A stretch of 62,904 nt of DNA, filler included, from Guillardia theta CCMP2712 (lineage: Eukaryota; Protista; Cryptophyta), in NCBI RefSeq assembly GCF_000315625.1. It is 7 parts of 7 records of this genome, joined end to end, with 100 filler letters (N's around TTAATTAATTAA, not from the genome) between each part and the next. Parts side by side here need not be neighbours in the genome. Positions count along the whole stretch, not along the records: positions 1 to 23,476 come from NW_005434575.1; 6 more parts are not named here. The stretch is one strand, 5' to 3'. Positions within the stretch are counted from its first letter, which is position 1. Every line of letters begins with the position of its first letter. The translations under genes were made by a program, and so were the position numbers. The notes beneath the pieces were generated by a model. It was not told where the DNA came from, searched no databases, and saw only the letters and a program-made list of their open reading frames with translations. This document shows, piece after piece, positions 1 through 12,358 of the stretch.

Positions 1-880
1 GGAGGAGGAGGAGGAGGAGGAGGAGGAGGAGGAGGAGGAGGAGGAGGAGGAGGAGAATGTGTCTATTGTCTGCTCGATCCGCTTCACCTTGTTGAAGTGC
101 GGGATGCAGGTTGCGTAGACTTTCTCTTCCTCCTCCGGTGACTTACACGAGGGACACATCTGATCAGCCAAGTCAGCCGCACTACCTAAGAAGCAAGCAA
201 GGGAACAGAGGAGCGAGAACAAGCAAGGGAGGAGGGATGGGAGTGAAGGAGGGGAGGGGAGGTAAAGATAAAGGGAAGCGACCATCTTGAAGCAATCGAC
301 TTGACATTCATCGCTCATCATCTGACAGTCAGGCGTCACTGGCAACGAGCTCGAAGCTCCTCTTCCTCTTGCCTTCTCGTCCATCACTCTCGGGAGGACC
401 TTGCGATCTGTGAAGGACACAACGTTGTTGACGAGTCGACTACCTCCCCCCCCGAGGTTCGAGACATGAGTAACCGATCGAGCTACAGAAGCACGTCAAT
501 CTCTGTCACCGACGTAAAAGCAGCAGCACCATCCTCGTGATCGTCGTCCTGCTCTTGCACCGTTGCTGTGACCCCCACGCTAGCATCCTACTCAGGTTGT
601 AACGACAAGACAGACAGCGAGAAACAACCTCGGCTCTGCTTCTCACAAAATCTTGACGAGAAAGTCTTGGGTCGTTGGCATTGATACTCTCAATGAAGCT
701 GAATCATCGTCATCTTCACTACGTTCACTACCCACAACAACCACGGTCTCCTTATCATCACCATCATTATCATCACCACCACTACCACTATCATAATCAA
801 TATCGTCGTCGTCATCATCATCATCCTCGTCATCCTTGTCATCATCATCATCGCCATCGTCGTTATCATCGTCCTCCACC

Positions 881-941
<61 letters not shown>

Positions 942-994
942 CGTCGTCGTCCTCCTCCTCCTCTTCCTCCTCCTCCTCTTCGTGGTCATCGTCC

Positions 995-1047
<53 letters not shown>

Positions 1048-1981
1048 GTCATCATTTCTACCTATTTCCTGACGGGTCTCGCAGGATCAGCTCGAACGTC
1101 TCACCGTCCAAGAGGTCTTGAAGACGCGAGCCGACTATTCTGATCTGCACCCGCCAGACTTGAGCGACCGCCGACTTCACAACTTCACAGCACCTGATCC
1201 CTCATGCTCAAGTCTTGTGCCTCAGTCGCACCAGCGTACAAGGCCTGCTTTCCAGTCAGAGGCAGCGAGCAAGCCAGTCAGAGGCAGAGAAGGTCACTAG
1301 TAGCACCAGCGTCTTGTTTAAGTCTTCTTGAGCTCGCATCAGGAACCCTTCGACGGTGTTGAGAGAGCCTCGTTGAGCAGGAGGAGGAATCTCAAAATCG
1401 AGAGAAGGGAGGGCGATGGAAGCAAATGAAGACTTGATGACCTGCGGCAGCTCTCAGCTCTTTCTTCTCAGCTTTTTTTCTCCGTCCCCCCGTCCCCCCG
1501 TCCCCCCTCGCTCGCTTCCTTGCTTCAGCTTCACCTGTCTGTTCAGATCCTCTCGCTTCTGCACGTGGAGGAGGTATCGAACGCCTAGGGGGCGAATCTC
1601 ACTCGCTTCCTTCACCTCGTTGCTTCTGTATCCGCACTCGTCGCATTCGAACGCCATCACGACCACCCGACCGAAGTGAGGGATCTCGATCGGGAGTATG
1701 TTTGTCTTTCCTTGTTGCTCGCATGCCATGCACAAACTTTCGACGTTCAAGCACTCGTTCAACTCTGCTCGCAGCACAGGGAACGCCTGGTATGCCTCCG
1801 TCGAAGAGGCGTTGTCTGTGCTCCCTTGGTGACATTCCATGACAGAGTTGCCCGCACATGGGCCTTTCCCTCCTCGTAACGACAAAGAAACCGGCGCGTA
1901 ACTCACGAATCGTTCCGCCATGGCAGATTCGACAAGGAGCAGGAGAGCCACAGCCCCGAACCTCCGAGCTCTTGCCTGCAT
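1..1981 (-). CDS. ZPR1: ZPR1 zinc-finger protein, multi-exon, continues past the left edge; N-terminal signal-peptide-like leader
   Basis: First finger VESLCMACEQQGKTNILPIEIPHFGRVVVMAFECDECGYRSNEVK, then EDLNRQV. Exon ~1330-1390 encodes IPPPAQRGSLNTVEGFL. Second finger MCPSCKSPEEEEKVYATCIPHFNK at ~85-160. Exon boundaries approximate. Confidence 0.9.
690..1055. repeat. Compound trinucleotide microsatellite (CAT/CGT/TGT/CCT) inside the ZPR1 gene, probably mostly intronic
   Basis: Runs such as (cat)n, (tgt)n and (cct)n seen directly. They generate poly-H/M/S/D ORFs. Confidence 0.9.
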
Positions 1982-2529
1982 CTTCAAAGCAGGGGAACCA
2001 CGTGAAGCAGCTACCTCGCTCCCTCCTCGTCTCCTGCCATCTCCCCCCTGCCTTGCCACTCCTCCTCGAGCTTGTCCTGTCGGGCGATCACAAGAATCAC
2101 ATCTGAGGGCCACGCCGGGCCACAGCCTGTCCTTTTACTCAAAGTCCGTCACAGGCTCGCTCGGAGGCGGCCCGGCCCGGCCCGCGGCCCGGGCGCGGAG
2201 TCACTGAGTCACGGTTCAAGTCACTGTCTCTTTACTAAAAGAGTCACTGTATGATGGCGCGGCCGGGCACCGTCACGCTCAGCGGAAGTGACTAGTACCT
2301 CCGCCGGCCCGGGACTCAGTACGGCCGGGCCGTCACTGCCCGCCGCCGCCGGGCTCGCCGATCGCCGCCGACCGTACTCTTCAGTGACAAGTTGAGTCCC
2401 GGGTATGCGAACCAGCCCAGCCTCAATGGCACTCACTGTCAGGATCGTGAAGCAACGTGACAACTGAGCTGATCAACTTGATGTCACTTCGATCAACCGC
2501 ATGCGGCAGCGGCAGCTCACTCAGTTTAT

Positions 2530-4757
2530 TCTCAGCATGGTAGAGACTGAATAAGATGCGAGAAAATACTGTCCCGTTTGGAAATCAAGTCATCGTAGTG
2601 TCCCTCTTCGACAATCCTTCCTCCGTCGATTACAGCGATCCTCTGCGAGCCTGCGAGCTGATCGAGCGTCAGGTCTCCCTGGGAGCAGTCGGTGCACTTA
2701 CAGTCGAAGTTCTGTGGGCGATCAAGAGCGTGCTACGACCCTCCATCAGACGTTCTAAGGCTTCTTTCACCTGCCGCAGCTCCTTCAGTCCCACAAGACC
2801 CTCAGCCTTGCACTGCACCAGCTGCTCGCTTGCATTGTCTAGCGCACTGGTTGCTTCATCCAAGATCAGGATTTTAGGGTCTCGAATCATCGCCCTGGCA
2901 ATCGCTATTCGCTGCCTCTGCCCTCCCGAAAGCAGGCTCCCGCGCTCCCCAACTTGCGTTTGGAACCCGTCGGGCAGATCGACTGTAACGCGGTGAGCAG
3001 AGAGCAGAAGCAGGCACATGGTCAGGATCACCGATGAAGGACAAGGCGTTGGCCCTTCTCGCAGCATCTTGAATATCTACAGTTGCAAACTCTGAAATGG
3101 ACCGTTTGGCATGCGGGCGGCCGTAGGCAATGTTAGCTTCAATGGTATCCGAGAATAGGATCGGATCTTGGTTGACAACAGCAATCTGCTTCCGTATCCA
3201 TGAAGCAGAGAGTGTAGACATGTTGATTCCGTCTAACAATATCTGCACAAGAGTCTACTCAGACCATGTCGAGCAGCATCCATGTTACCTTCCCACTCGA
3301 CGGCTCGTACAACCTCGTGATCAACGCAGCTATGGTACTCTTCCCGCCACCACTCGGACCTGTCAACGCCAACGTCTCTCCCTGACGTGAGTAAGTCAGC
3401 TCACGTGCCTGATCTCAACCGTGGCGGCTCACCTTATGAAGTTGAATAGTAACGCCAGAGAGAACCAACGCATCTGGTCGTGATGGATAGGCAAAGCAAA
3501 CATTGCACACTTCTATATTTCCTTCAATGCTGTCTAGGACTCTGCCATCGTCCTGATTCACTGAAGGCTTTCGATCTAGAATCTCGAAGACCCTCTGCGC
3601 ACACATCTTTATGTCAGTAGCTGTCCATCTATTTGGCATGGAGCAACATTAACAGCTGAGGGGTGAAGAAGAACTTCAAGTCAGAGGGAGCGGATCGAGT
3701 CACGCTCAGACACAGAGACACTCACTTGAGCGCTACTCAAGGCCTTGAGGGTTTCAGCGTACACCTAACGCGCAAGTCACTCTCACACAGGCATGCGAGC
3801 ATGGGATTGTTGACACACCTGAGATAATCCTGAGAATCCTAGGCCGACGGTCGCACTGTACATGGCAAAGGAGGTTAAGGCCCCGACAGTGATTAGGTTC
3901 CTTTCAACAAGAGTCCCTCCGTAGTACAAGACACCAAGCAAGGAGGTGAAGCCCCCAAATGCAAGACCGCCTAGAAACAAGCCTTCTGCATGAGCAGCAT
4001 GCTTCACGTCTTCTTGGGTCGAGTTCAACAAGTTTGCATACTCTTCGCCCTCATAATCCTCCATTGAAAAAAGTCTGACAGTCCTTATGTTGGCCAGCTT
4101 TTCGTCCACCGAGCTTGCGATGCGGGAGATGTTTTCCTTCATCTTCTTGGACATCTTCTTGGCTCTCATGCCATAGAGCATCCCCGTGACCCCGACAAGA
4201 GGAACTACTCCCAGTGTCGCAACCGTAAGCCGAGGTGAGATAGAGAAAAGCATGATCGAGCCACCTAGAGCTGAGTTCGTGTACCTGTACACCTTGGCGA
4301 AGTTGCTTGTCGTCGCATTTGCCATGGCTTGAACATCATCGGTCATTCTACACTGCATGTCTTGCACCGGTGTCTGATCGAAGAAACCCGATTCTTGCTT
4401 CAGTATCGCCTTGAAGAGCTCGACGCGAAGCCTTTTGGACACAGAGTCTGAAGCGATTGTAAACAGATAAGTCCTCAGCCATGACCCAACTGCACCAACT
4501 GCAAACATGATGAGCGATGAGACGACTAGTTTTCGTTTGGCTTGAGTGTTGGAGCTGTTTGACATGCTATCGATCAAGTTGGATATGATCTTCGGGAAGG
4601 CAAGATTATTGACAGAGGTGAGCGACATTGCGATGCACGCTATAGCCAACGTCTTCTTGTCATCGTTAGAAATGAAGTTCAGGAGTCTCAAGAACAACTG
4701 CTTGTTGGTCTTCTCTTCGCTCCTCCTCTCTACTTCTCCCCCTTCCTCTTGCGCCAT
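2530..4757 (-). CDS. ABCB-family half transporter (ABCB10/Mdl1-like), multi-exon
   Basis: TM-domain ORF 3783-4757. NBD pieces: [13 protein letters not shown], Walker [10 protein letters not shown] (~3340-3360), VVNQDPILF, signature [14 protein letters not shown], Walker [17 protein letters not shown]. 3' end approximate. Confidence 0.93.
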
Positions 4758-5965
4758 CGTGCCAACTTGCGGCAGTTCTTTGTACGTGTGGAGGTCGTAA
4801 AAGTTTTGAAATTTTACCACCAGCATTGAAATGTATAGGGATACTTTCAATATGAACACCTGGAGGTGTATTGGTTGATCCCACCGGTGTATATGATAGG
4901 CTTTTATTATTATCTTTCTACCTAGGGTGGTCACCCCTACCCTACCCCTACCCCTACCCCTACCCCACTGGCTTGAATACCCCTACCCTCCTATGTACAG
5001 GGAAGGGGAAATGGAATGCGAAGAGGCAGCTATGTGGGAGATGTGATGGAAGAAGAGGAGGTGGAGCAGAGGGTACAAGATACCACCAGGCTAGGCGAGT
5101 AGCACCTTTGACGGTAACAGCTCAGGCACAGCGAAGGAGAGGAGAGTGGGAGCTTTGGAACGAATGGCAGGACATTGAAACCATACTTTTCAGGGCAATG
5201 CTTTGAACAACCAGTTCTTTGCCTGCAGAATTCACATGCCCCCTTTTCATCCTCAGTCCAGATGCTGATTGTTTTTGAATATTTTGTTTTTCCCACTGCT
5301 TTCAACAGCAATATCCTAGAATGGTTTGACCTGATTGCTATCGAAATTGTATTACGGTTGCTGTCCCAACATGCCTACAATGTATCTTCTTTGCCTTTCT
5401 GACTAATTCCTTGTTACAGAAAGCATGATTGGCAGAATCTTTAGGTGAACTCGATGCATGAATGTTGACAACTTCTCGTTCTTGCGTGACTTTCTTGGTC
5501 TGCAGCCTTCCCAATCAATTTTTCTCCCTAAACGCGGTCGACGGCACTTGGGGGGCTTGTGACGATCCCTGGGGCTGCTACATCACCGACCCTTCGGTGC
5601 TCGAGGCGCTTGAGTTCGCGACCCGACTGATGATGCAAGCAGGTGGCCAAGGAGCCCATCGGACATCACGGAACGACTTGGGTTCCTGTCAGCTGGGGGA
5701 CGTGGGAGAACTACAATGTGAGATGATGCCGAGAGGGAAGAGGAGCATGACATGGAAGCCCGGCAGGTCGAGGGCGTTCCCACAGGCAAGGAGGGATACT
5801 GAAGGCTACACAAGCACTTAGTCGATACTGAAACGTGAGATTATCACAGAGAGATCTCTATGCGATTCCACCTACACACTGAAACCTTGAACACTGCTCG
5901 CTTGTTCCCTGACATGGCTCGATGTAACTGTAGCTAGGCATGAATTACAGTTTGCTTGTTGCTAT

Positions 5966-6898
5966 TCAGGAGCAAACACGTTTGATTTCTTTGTCGATGT
6001 CTTCCATGTCCGTCACTCGCTCGATCCAATCCATGGGCACACACTCAGCTCCCTGGCTAGCGGCCAAGCAAGCGCCAATGAAGCACGAACGTGAGCATTG
6101 ATCGCCTGAGGCCATGATGTTCTTTTTCACTGCCTCCTCATATGTCTCTGTCGTATTCAGAATGTAAACCGCAACCGTGAACGCTCCTGGCAACGCGCAG
6201 CTGCTGCCGAAGGCTTCTGCTGCTTCCACTTCGTTGCCGGTGAAGGCAAGAGCTTCCTTGACCTTGCTCTTGGCATCTGCAGTGAGGGGAGAAGAATCCT
6301 GCGTGGACCACTGAAGCGCCTCCTTCGCTGTTGCTCCGGTAGAGATTATGTGGTGAAGGATGTGCGAGCTTGCCATCCCGTACTCAACTGCAAGCTCATG
6401 GTTCTGATGCACTCTCATGGTCTCCTCCACCCTTGTAGCCCAGTCCTGGTCCGAATGAAAGCGCGAAAGAGCAAAGGGAACCTTGACCAGCGAGTTGGCT
6501 TGAGAGTCGTTCGCTCCGCACTCAGGGAAAGTCTTGCCGGCATCGATATTTGCGATCAGCTCCTTGGAAGCATGGTTGAGCCTCCCTGAGTATCCCTTGA
6601 GATACTCTGAGAACTTCTGCGCAAGGCGTGTAGGATCATATTGTGCGAGGCAGTTGAGGCTCTTTAGCATGCCGAGCCCTTCAGCACCATAGGGACTGAG
6701 CTGACCGGATTCGTAGGAATAGAAAGGGCAGCTAGGAGGCTCGAAGAATGCAGGGTCCTTGGGGCAGAGAGGAGCCTTGCGAGTGAGGGAGATGATCTTT
6801 TCGGGATCGTAGATCCAGTGAAGCCCCATGGATGCCGCATCCGCTACCAGCGCCCCCTTCATCGCTGCTGCGCACCGCGCCATCTTCACCATTGCCAT
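5966..6898 (-). CDS. ADP-ribosylglycohydrolase family protein (J1-crystallin / SelJ-like, Cys form), intronless
   Basis: GALVADAASMGLHWIYD, PSCPFY..GQLSPYG, SCALPGAF and GDQCSRSCFIGACLAA match the J1-crystallin/SelJ subfamily pattern. Confidence 0.85.
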   Translation of the reverse strand: MAMVKMARCAAAMKGALVADAASMGLHWIYDPEKIISLTRKAPLCPKDPAFFEPPSCPFYSYESGQLSPYGAEGLGMLKSLNCLAQYDPTRLAQKFSEYLKGYSGRLNHASKELIANIDAGKTFPECGANDSQANSLVKVPFALSRFHSDQDWATRVEETMRVHQNHELAVEYGMASSHILHHIISTGATAKEALQWSTQDSSPLTADAKSKVKEALAFTGNEVEAAEAFGSSCALPGAFTVAVYILNTTETYEEAVKKNIMASGDQCSRSCFIGACLAASQGAECVPMDWIERVTDMEDIDKEIKRVCS

Positions 6899-7099
6899 GG
6901 AAGTTTCTGGTCACCCATCATTGTGGTCACCTCACGTCCCCAACTTCAAGTTTCAAAGTTTGCCGCGGGGGCCGCCCGGCGGCGAGCGCCCGCGGCGCTC
7001 CCGGCGGCGGGAGTCGGTGGCAGGTGAGTGAGTCACTGGCCACTCGACTCGGCGACTCAGGCCGCAACGGGCCAGGGGCCGGGGCCCGTCATCGGACTA

Positions 7100-7990
7100 C
7101 ACCGGTAGCGGCGCGGCAGCACACTGTCATTTCAGTAGGCAACATTGAACGCCGGGGCCCTTGCCAGTCACTGAGTTTTGCAGGGTCTGGTCGCCGCTGA
7201 AGCCCTCGAAGGTCCATGTCATCACGTTGGCCGCCGTGGTCTGGCTCTGGTCCAGCGCGAAGGCGTTCATCTTCCAGACCCTCACCCTGCCGTAGCTCGA
7301 GTCCGAGCCGATCACGATGGAGAACGGAAGTTGCTCGGCTCCCCGGCGCAGTACTGCGAATACGCCTGGTACACCTCCGGGTTCGGGTTGGTGGCGTAGA
7401 ACACCGCCCACTCGCTGGTGGTCGCGGGGTTGTAGATCTCGGGGTAGTCCTGGTAAGCGTAGGGCACCCCGGGCCGATCTCACCCGGCTGTGTCTGGGAC
7501 TCGCAGCTCTTCGAGCCTGGCAGGCAGATGTCATGAGCGGGGATGAGGCCCGGGAGATCGATGAGACGGAAGGTGAAGAGGTCCTCCCCGAAGATCCTCG
7601 AGATCTTCACCTTCCACTTCCCGAGCCCGTCCTCATAGGCCGTCAGCACCACGTCCCCCGCCACTGTTCACACAGCTCTGGCTTGCCGGGTCCCAGGAGG
7701 CCTGCGACGCGGCGGTGTAGACGACGCCGCCTCGGGCACCGTGAAGCGGGCATTCGCATTGCTCTGCAGCCCTGCAACCAGCCCTCCCGCGGTGGACTGC
7801 CCGACGCCGCAATCCCTGAGGATATACTGGACCGAGTCCCTCCAGTCGTTGGCTCCGTACAGGACGATGCCCTGATTGATGCTCCCCTTCAGGTGGATGC
7901 CCATGCAGTAAGGGTAGCAGGAGAAGCCCGTAAACCCAGGGATACAGGCCGGGTCGGGCACGGCGGAGTAGGGACAGTGAGGCATGACGT
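7100..7990 (-). pseudogene. Cluster of short coding-like fragments of unknown origin
   Basis: GC3-rich protein-like pieces in different frames (CYPYCMGIHLKGSINQGIVLYGANDWRDSVQYILRDCG; KWKVKISRIFGEDLFTFRLIDLP; VRVWKMNAFALDQ) with no coherent gene model. Confidence 0.45.
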
Positions 7991-8000
7991 AGATCGCTGC

Positions 8001-8032
8001 GTACTGATTTTTAACTTAACTTTGAGTAAAGA
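8001..8032 (-). promoter_or_regulatory. Copy of the dispersed 31-bp motif CTTTACTCAAAGTTAAGTTAAAAATCAGTAC (function unknown)
   Basis: Other copies at 47823-47841, 49715-49745, 50051-50079 and 53091-53119; partial at 2133-2145. Confidence 0.55.
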
Positions 8033-8105
8033 TCTTCAAAGTACGGTTTAGCCTTGGCAGTTTAGCCGCCCGGCTTTCACGCTTCGTCATATTGCGAAGC
8101 GCCGA

Positions 8106-10397
8106 TCACGCTGTGACCTCGTTCATAATGTAGCGAAAGTTCATCATACGGCTGGTCTCAATCTTTCCTTCCTCCAGTGCTCGCTTGACCCCGCAGACTT
8201 CTGCTGGCTCCGAACTGCAGGGGTGTCAGAGCAGGAAGCAGTCACTGATGCATCACATGTGCGAGCAATCTCTGAACTTGCAGTCGAGAGCAGCTTGAGA
8301 GATCTCCCTGAAGCCTTGCTGCACCTCCTCCTGCCCAACGCTGATCAGACATGTCCCCCCCCCAAATCTTCCTGTGCTCACCAGCGTCAGGTGCCAAGTA
8401 GCAAAGTCTCGGAACCCAGCACAGTCGATGAGATTTCCACCAGAAGGAAGAAAGTGAAGCTCAGCATGAGACGTCGTGTGAGCTCCCAGCCCCGACCACT
8501 ATGAACACAATGAATATCTTTTCAGCATCACATTTCACCTTCGCTGAATCTTTCTCTCCCCCATCTTTGTCCTCCTCCTCCTCGATGCCTCGCTGCCCTT
8601 CACCGCAAGGACCTCACCTCCGAGAGAGCACCGACTCTTGCATTGGCTTGAGGAAGCAGAGCGTTGAGGAGCGAAGACTTGCCGACTCCCGACTGACCGA
8701 CCTGCACCCTCACGCTCAGGAATGGGAGAAGCCTGCGATAGGGACCAGGATGCTCGTCTTGTTGTGCAACAGTGACTTGAGCTCCTCGAGCCCCTACCAG
8801 TGACTTCAGTCAACGTCCGCAATGTCATCAGCGCCAACTTGTCCGGTCCTAGTCGACGTCATGATGACTGAGCAAGCGAGTCAGGCATGTCGACAATCTC
8901 GATGGATCGCCTGGATAGCCGAGCCTTTGGTAGACCTTGAGAGTCTCCGCACTCACCAGCTGATTCCTGCCCGACATGTCTCAGACTTCTGCTATACCGA
9001 CAGGCCGCTCGTGATGCAACTGACCGCTCCTGTGCGTTGAGGTTGGCATCGTCATCCTCCAGCATGTCACACTTATTGAAGAGGATGATCTGAGATAACT
9101 TGCAGGCAGAGCTGGCGACCTGGACAACCAGCAGCTGACGTGAGACGTTGTTGAACGCGTTCTGCCCTGACACCGTATGACTCCTCACCAGATATTTATC
9201 CAACTGAAGCAGAGGAGAAGGCGGCGAAGAAGCGAACACGAGCACGACCTGAAGGAAAAAGTCCAGGTCAAAGCTCTTCAACCCTCTCCCGTTTCTCCGC
9301 ACTTGATCAAGGTTCGCACAGAGAACTTTTCGTGAGCCAGTCCTCTCCAGCACCTTTTCAGCACCTACAGTCTGCAATAGTCCGCTCAGTCAAGCGAGGA
9401 AATAGCCCGGGACCAACACCTGAAGGTCATTGACGTTTAACTCCGAGATCGACTTCGACGGGCGATCCAGAACGGTTCTGATGGTCGCAGTCAGATGACA
9501 TTCTTGTGCTGCTTCGCGACACACGTTCTCTCGAGCCGCTTGCTCACAACTCCTCTGGCAAAAGATCTTTCCGAGGTTGTCATATCTCCTCCCAACGCCG
9601 GAGCAAAGACAACCTGCAAAGACATTCTTGTCGGTCAGGGAGTGGCCAAGCCAAGGCAGCATGCAAGTTTGCAATGGGTTTACGCGGTCGCCGGTCACAA
9701 CGCCGATCTCTTTCAGGGAGGGATTCAACGCACAGCTGTACCGCAAACTTCGAACGTCATGAGTGTTGATGTGTGCGGCAGGTTCTTCAAGTTTGGTCAA
9801 CAACTCCTTCGATTGCTCTTCCACTTGCACAAGCACCCGACTGCCATGATGCGCCACAACAAGACCCTCCATCTCCTCTCCAAGCACAAAGCCAGCTTCT
9901 TGCTCCATGTTTGCTCGCTCCTCTACAGGCACATGCCGTCCTTTGACGCGCACATTTGCGTCGGATGGAATCAGAGTACTCACAGAATCGACAGGAATTT
10001 TCCCTTCCTCAACTACCACCAGCTTCTTCAAGACAAGGGCCATCGCCTATGCTCACATCAGTGTCGTTTTATCGAGAGATCGCTTTTGACGAACCTCTTT
10101 CGTGTGCAAGGCTAAGCCGCGCTCAACCAACAGGTCGTCTATTCGCACTTTCTGCATTTTCTTCCCTCTCTTTTTAGACATCTGCAGCCGGAAAATCTGT
10201 CTTTCTGTTCGCAAGGAGGAGCAAGTTGAGGCTCTGAAAGGAGCTGGGCTCGATGGGCTCGTTCGGAGCCAGGGCGAGGTAAAAGCCAGATCACTGGAGG
10301 TTCGAACATGGCAGTGGGATGACACAGTGAAGAGGAAGGAAAGCAAGCAAGGAGTCAGGGAGAGCGTTCGCTTCCTGGCAGCACTCGAGGACTCCAT
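8106..10397 (-). CDS. rsgA: RsgA/YjeQ-like ribosome small-subunit GTPase with N-terminal S4-like segment, probably plastid-targeted, many short introns
   Basis: GVVTGDRV; LCANLDQV; G4 IILFNKCD; P-loop [16 protein letters not shown] (~8650-8700); C-terminal zinc knuckle CKFRDCSH...[12 protein letters not shown] ending at TGA 8106. [14 protein letters not shown] resembles an S4 domain. Hydrophobic leader followed by LAF. Confidence 0.88.
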
Positions 10398-10565
10398 GAT
10401 CGCTCGCTCCTCTTCTGCTATGACTTCACTGCCCCCTCTTTGTCTCCATGGCGAAACGGTGACCACATCCCCACGCACGCATGACTAACTTGGTCATAGT
10501 GGGGAAGTGGTCCATGTCCATATCGGTTATCCGTAACCGTCAAACCTGGCGGCTCTTCAGGCTTC

Positions 10566-11045
10566 ATGCAGTTCAACAGAGCAGGGATGGCGGCGGGAGC
10601 TGCTGGCATGTGCGCGCTGTTCATGACTTTGGGGTTGACCCTGCTGGCATTTTCTTCAAGGAAAACTGTGCTGTCCGTTGCTCAGCGATCTCGACATCAA
10701 CCAAGCCTGCTCTTGCAGAAGAGGAGAGTAATCGGCGCCAGACGTTCGATGCTCGCTGACTGCGTGTCATGGAGGGGATGCTCAATTCAGTATGACCCTG
10801 AAACCATGGATGTGAACGGCTCTTTCTATGATAGATTTGATAACTACCCGAATGCTTGGGACGCATCTCCTGCTGCAAGATACGTGAGAGATCTCTACCC
10901 TGGCGGATGGCCGCGATACGCCGACGAGGAGCCTTCAGTGGTGGTGGGTGGAGATCCTTTGAAAGCTTATCCGTTCAATGACTTCGGTACTGGATATGGT
11001 GGTGCGTATGACACATACAGAAGCCCTAACACATACTATTATTAA
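10566..11045 (+). CDS. Hypothetical small protein with N-terminal hydrophobic anchor and Tyr/Pro/Gly-rich C-terminus
   Basis: 159-aa ORF with TM/signal-like segment and protein-like composition. No recognised family. Confidence 0.55.
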   Translation: MQFNRAGMAAGAAGMCALFMTLGLTLLAFSSRKTVLSVAQRSRHQPSLLLQKRRVIGARRSMLADCVSWRGCSIQYDPETMDVNGSFYDRFDNYPNAWDASPAARYVRDLYPGGWPRYADEEPSVVVGGDPLKAYPFNDFGTGYGGAYDTYRSPNTYYY

Positions 11046-12358
11046 GGCAAGGAATATCTCGTTTATTCCTCCAGATCCTTTGCGAGACTGATCTAAATCA
11101 AACCTGATTTGACGTAGAATGCAAACTTTGCGACAAATCCGTTTGTTACCGTCTCATCACATAGACTCTGTACAAATCTATGAAATTTTTACAGTTCTCT
11201 CGGTTCACGGTTTGTATACTTCTTGTAATAAACCATGAATGCTTGACTCTTCCTTGGGAGTCCGTGTCACGCGGCATCTGAAGATCAACTTCAATCACTG
11301 AGAGTTTCCTCTTACCGCCGAGTCTTGATGGTCTGGAAAGAACAATCTTATGCCGCGATGTCAACTGCCGTGATTATTGTACGAGACTGAGAGTCACCGG
11401 CGGCGTGACTGTCGGACGGTCCGACTGCTCGGACTGTGAAGTCACGGTTCAAACCGTTGAACGCCCGCGGCCCGCCGGGGTTGGAGTGCCGCAGTCTCTC
11501 CTCAGAGTGTACGGTCTTCTTGTCACAAGTTCGAGCCTGGCAAGTTTCCATGCGCGTGCCGCAGTGCCAGGCACCTCTGGCGGTGGGACGGAGGCTCGGA
11601 GGCTCGTTAACGTGCCGCCGTGCCGTTGCGGCCACTCCTGGCCGCACCGAATCCGATGATGGCCGCGGCCAGTGACTGGTGCCGGGCCCGGCACTGCTGA
11701 GGGCGGCATGATGGCCGAACTTCGGAACTTCCGATCCGACTCGGAGCCATCATGGATGCCATGATCGGCCGGGACCACTGGGGCCATCCGATCGGACCGT
11801 CGGCGCGCCGCGGGCGGGCGGGCGGCCCGGACTCAGTTGGGGCGATCGGACCGTCACGGTGGCCGGGCGGTGCCTGGCACCACCTCCGAGTCAGTGCCGC
11901 AGTGCTGAGGCAGCGACTCTTCCAGCCGCGGCCGGCCGGGCCGGCCGGGCCGCCACGGTACGGTCACCCGGGCCCGGGTGGCGCCGGGCCCGGCCAGCCG
12001 CCGCTCGCGAAGTTGTGTTGTGTAGCCAAAAACCGATTTTGTAACGTGTCGTGAAGGGTCGCCATGGCAGATCTAATCTGATCGAATCCGGTGACACCCC
12101 CCCTCGTCCTGTCTTGATTTTCCTTCTTCTTCTTCTTCTTCTTCGTCTCTCCTCTTCCTCTTCCTCTTCCTCTTCCTCCTCCCTCTTCCACTTGTTTTAA
12201 CTTCTCAATTCATTCGATTCCGCCTTTTCCTGCACCTTGCTCCACATGATTTTGCCATTTCTTTCCTCTTCCTTTCTTCTCGTTTCTCACAGTTGCTGAA
12301 TCATTTCTTCAGTGGCAGTCGCATCACGAAAAGGAAGAAATTTTCTCAGAGCTGGATC

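Noticed and set aside
643-1121. Poly-His/Met/Ser/Asp ORFs (also 50360-52540 and 42740-43390)
   Set aside because: Translations of microsatellites in introns or spacers.
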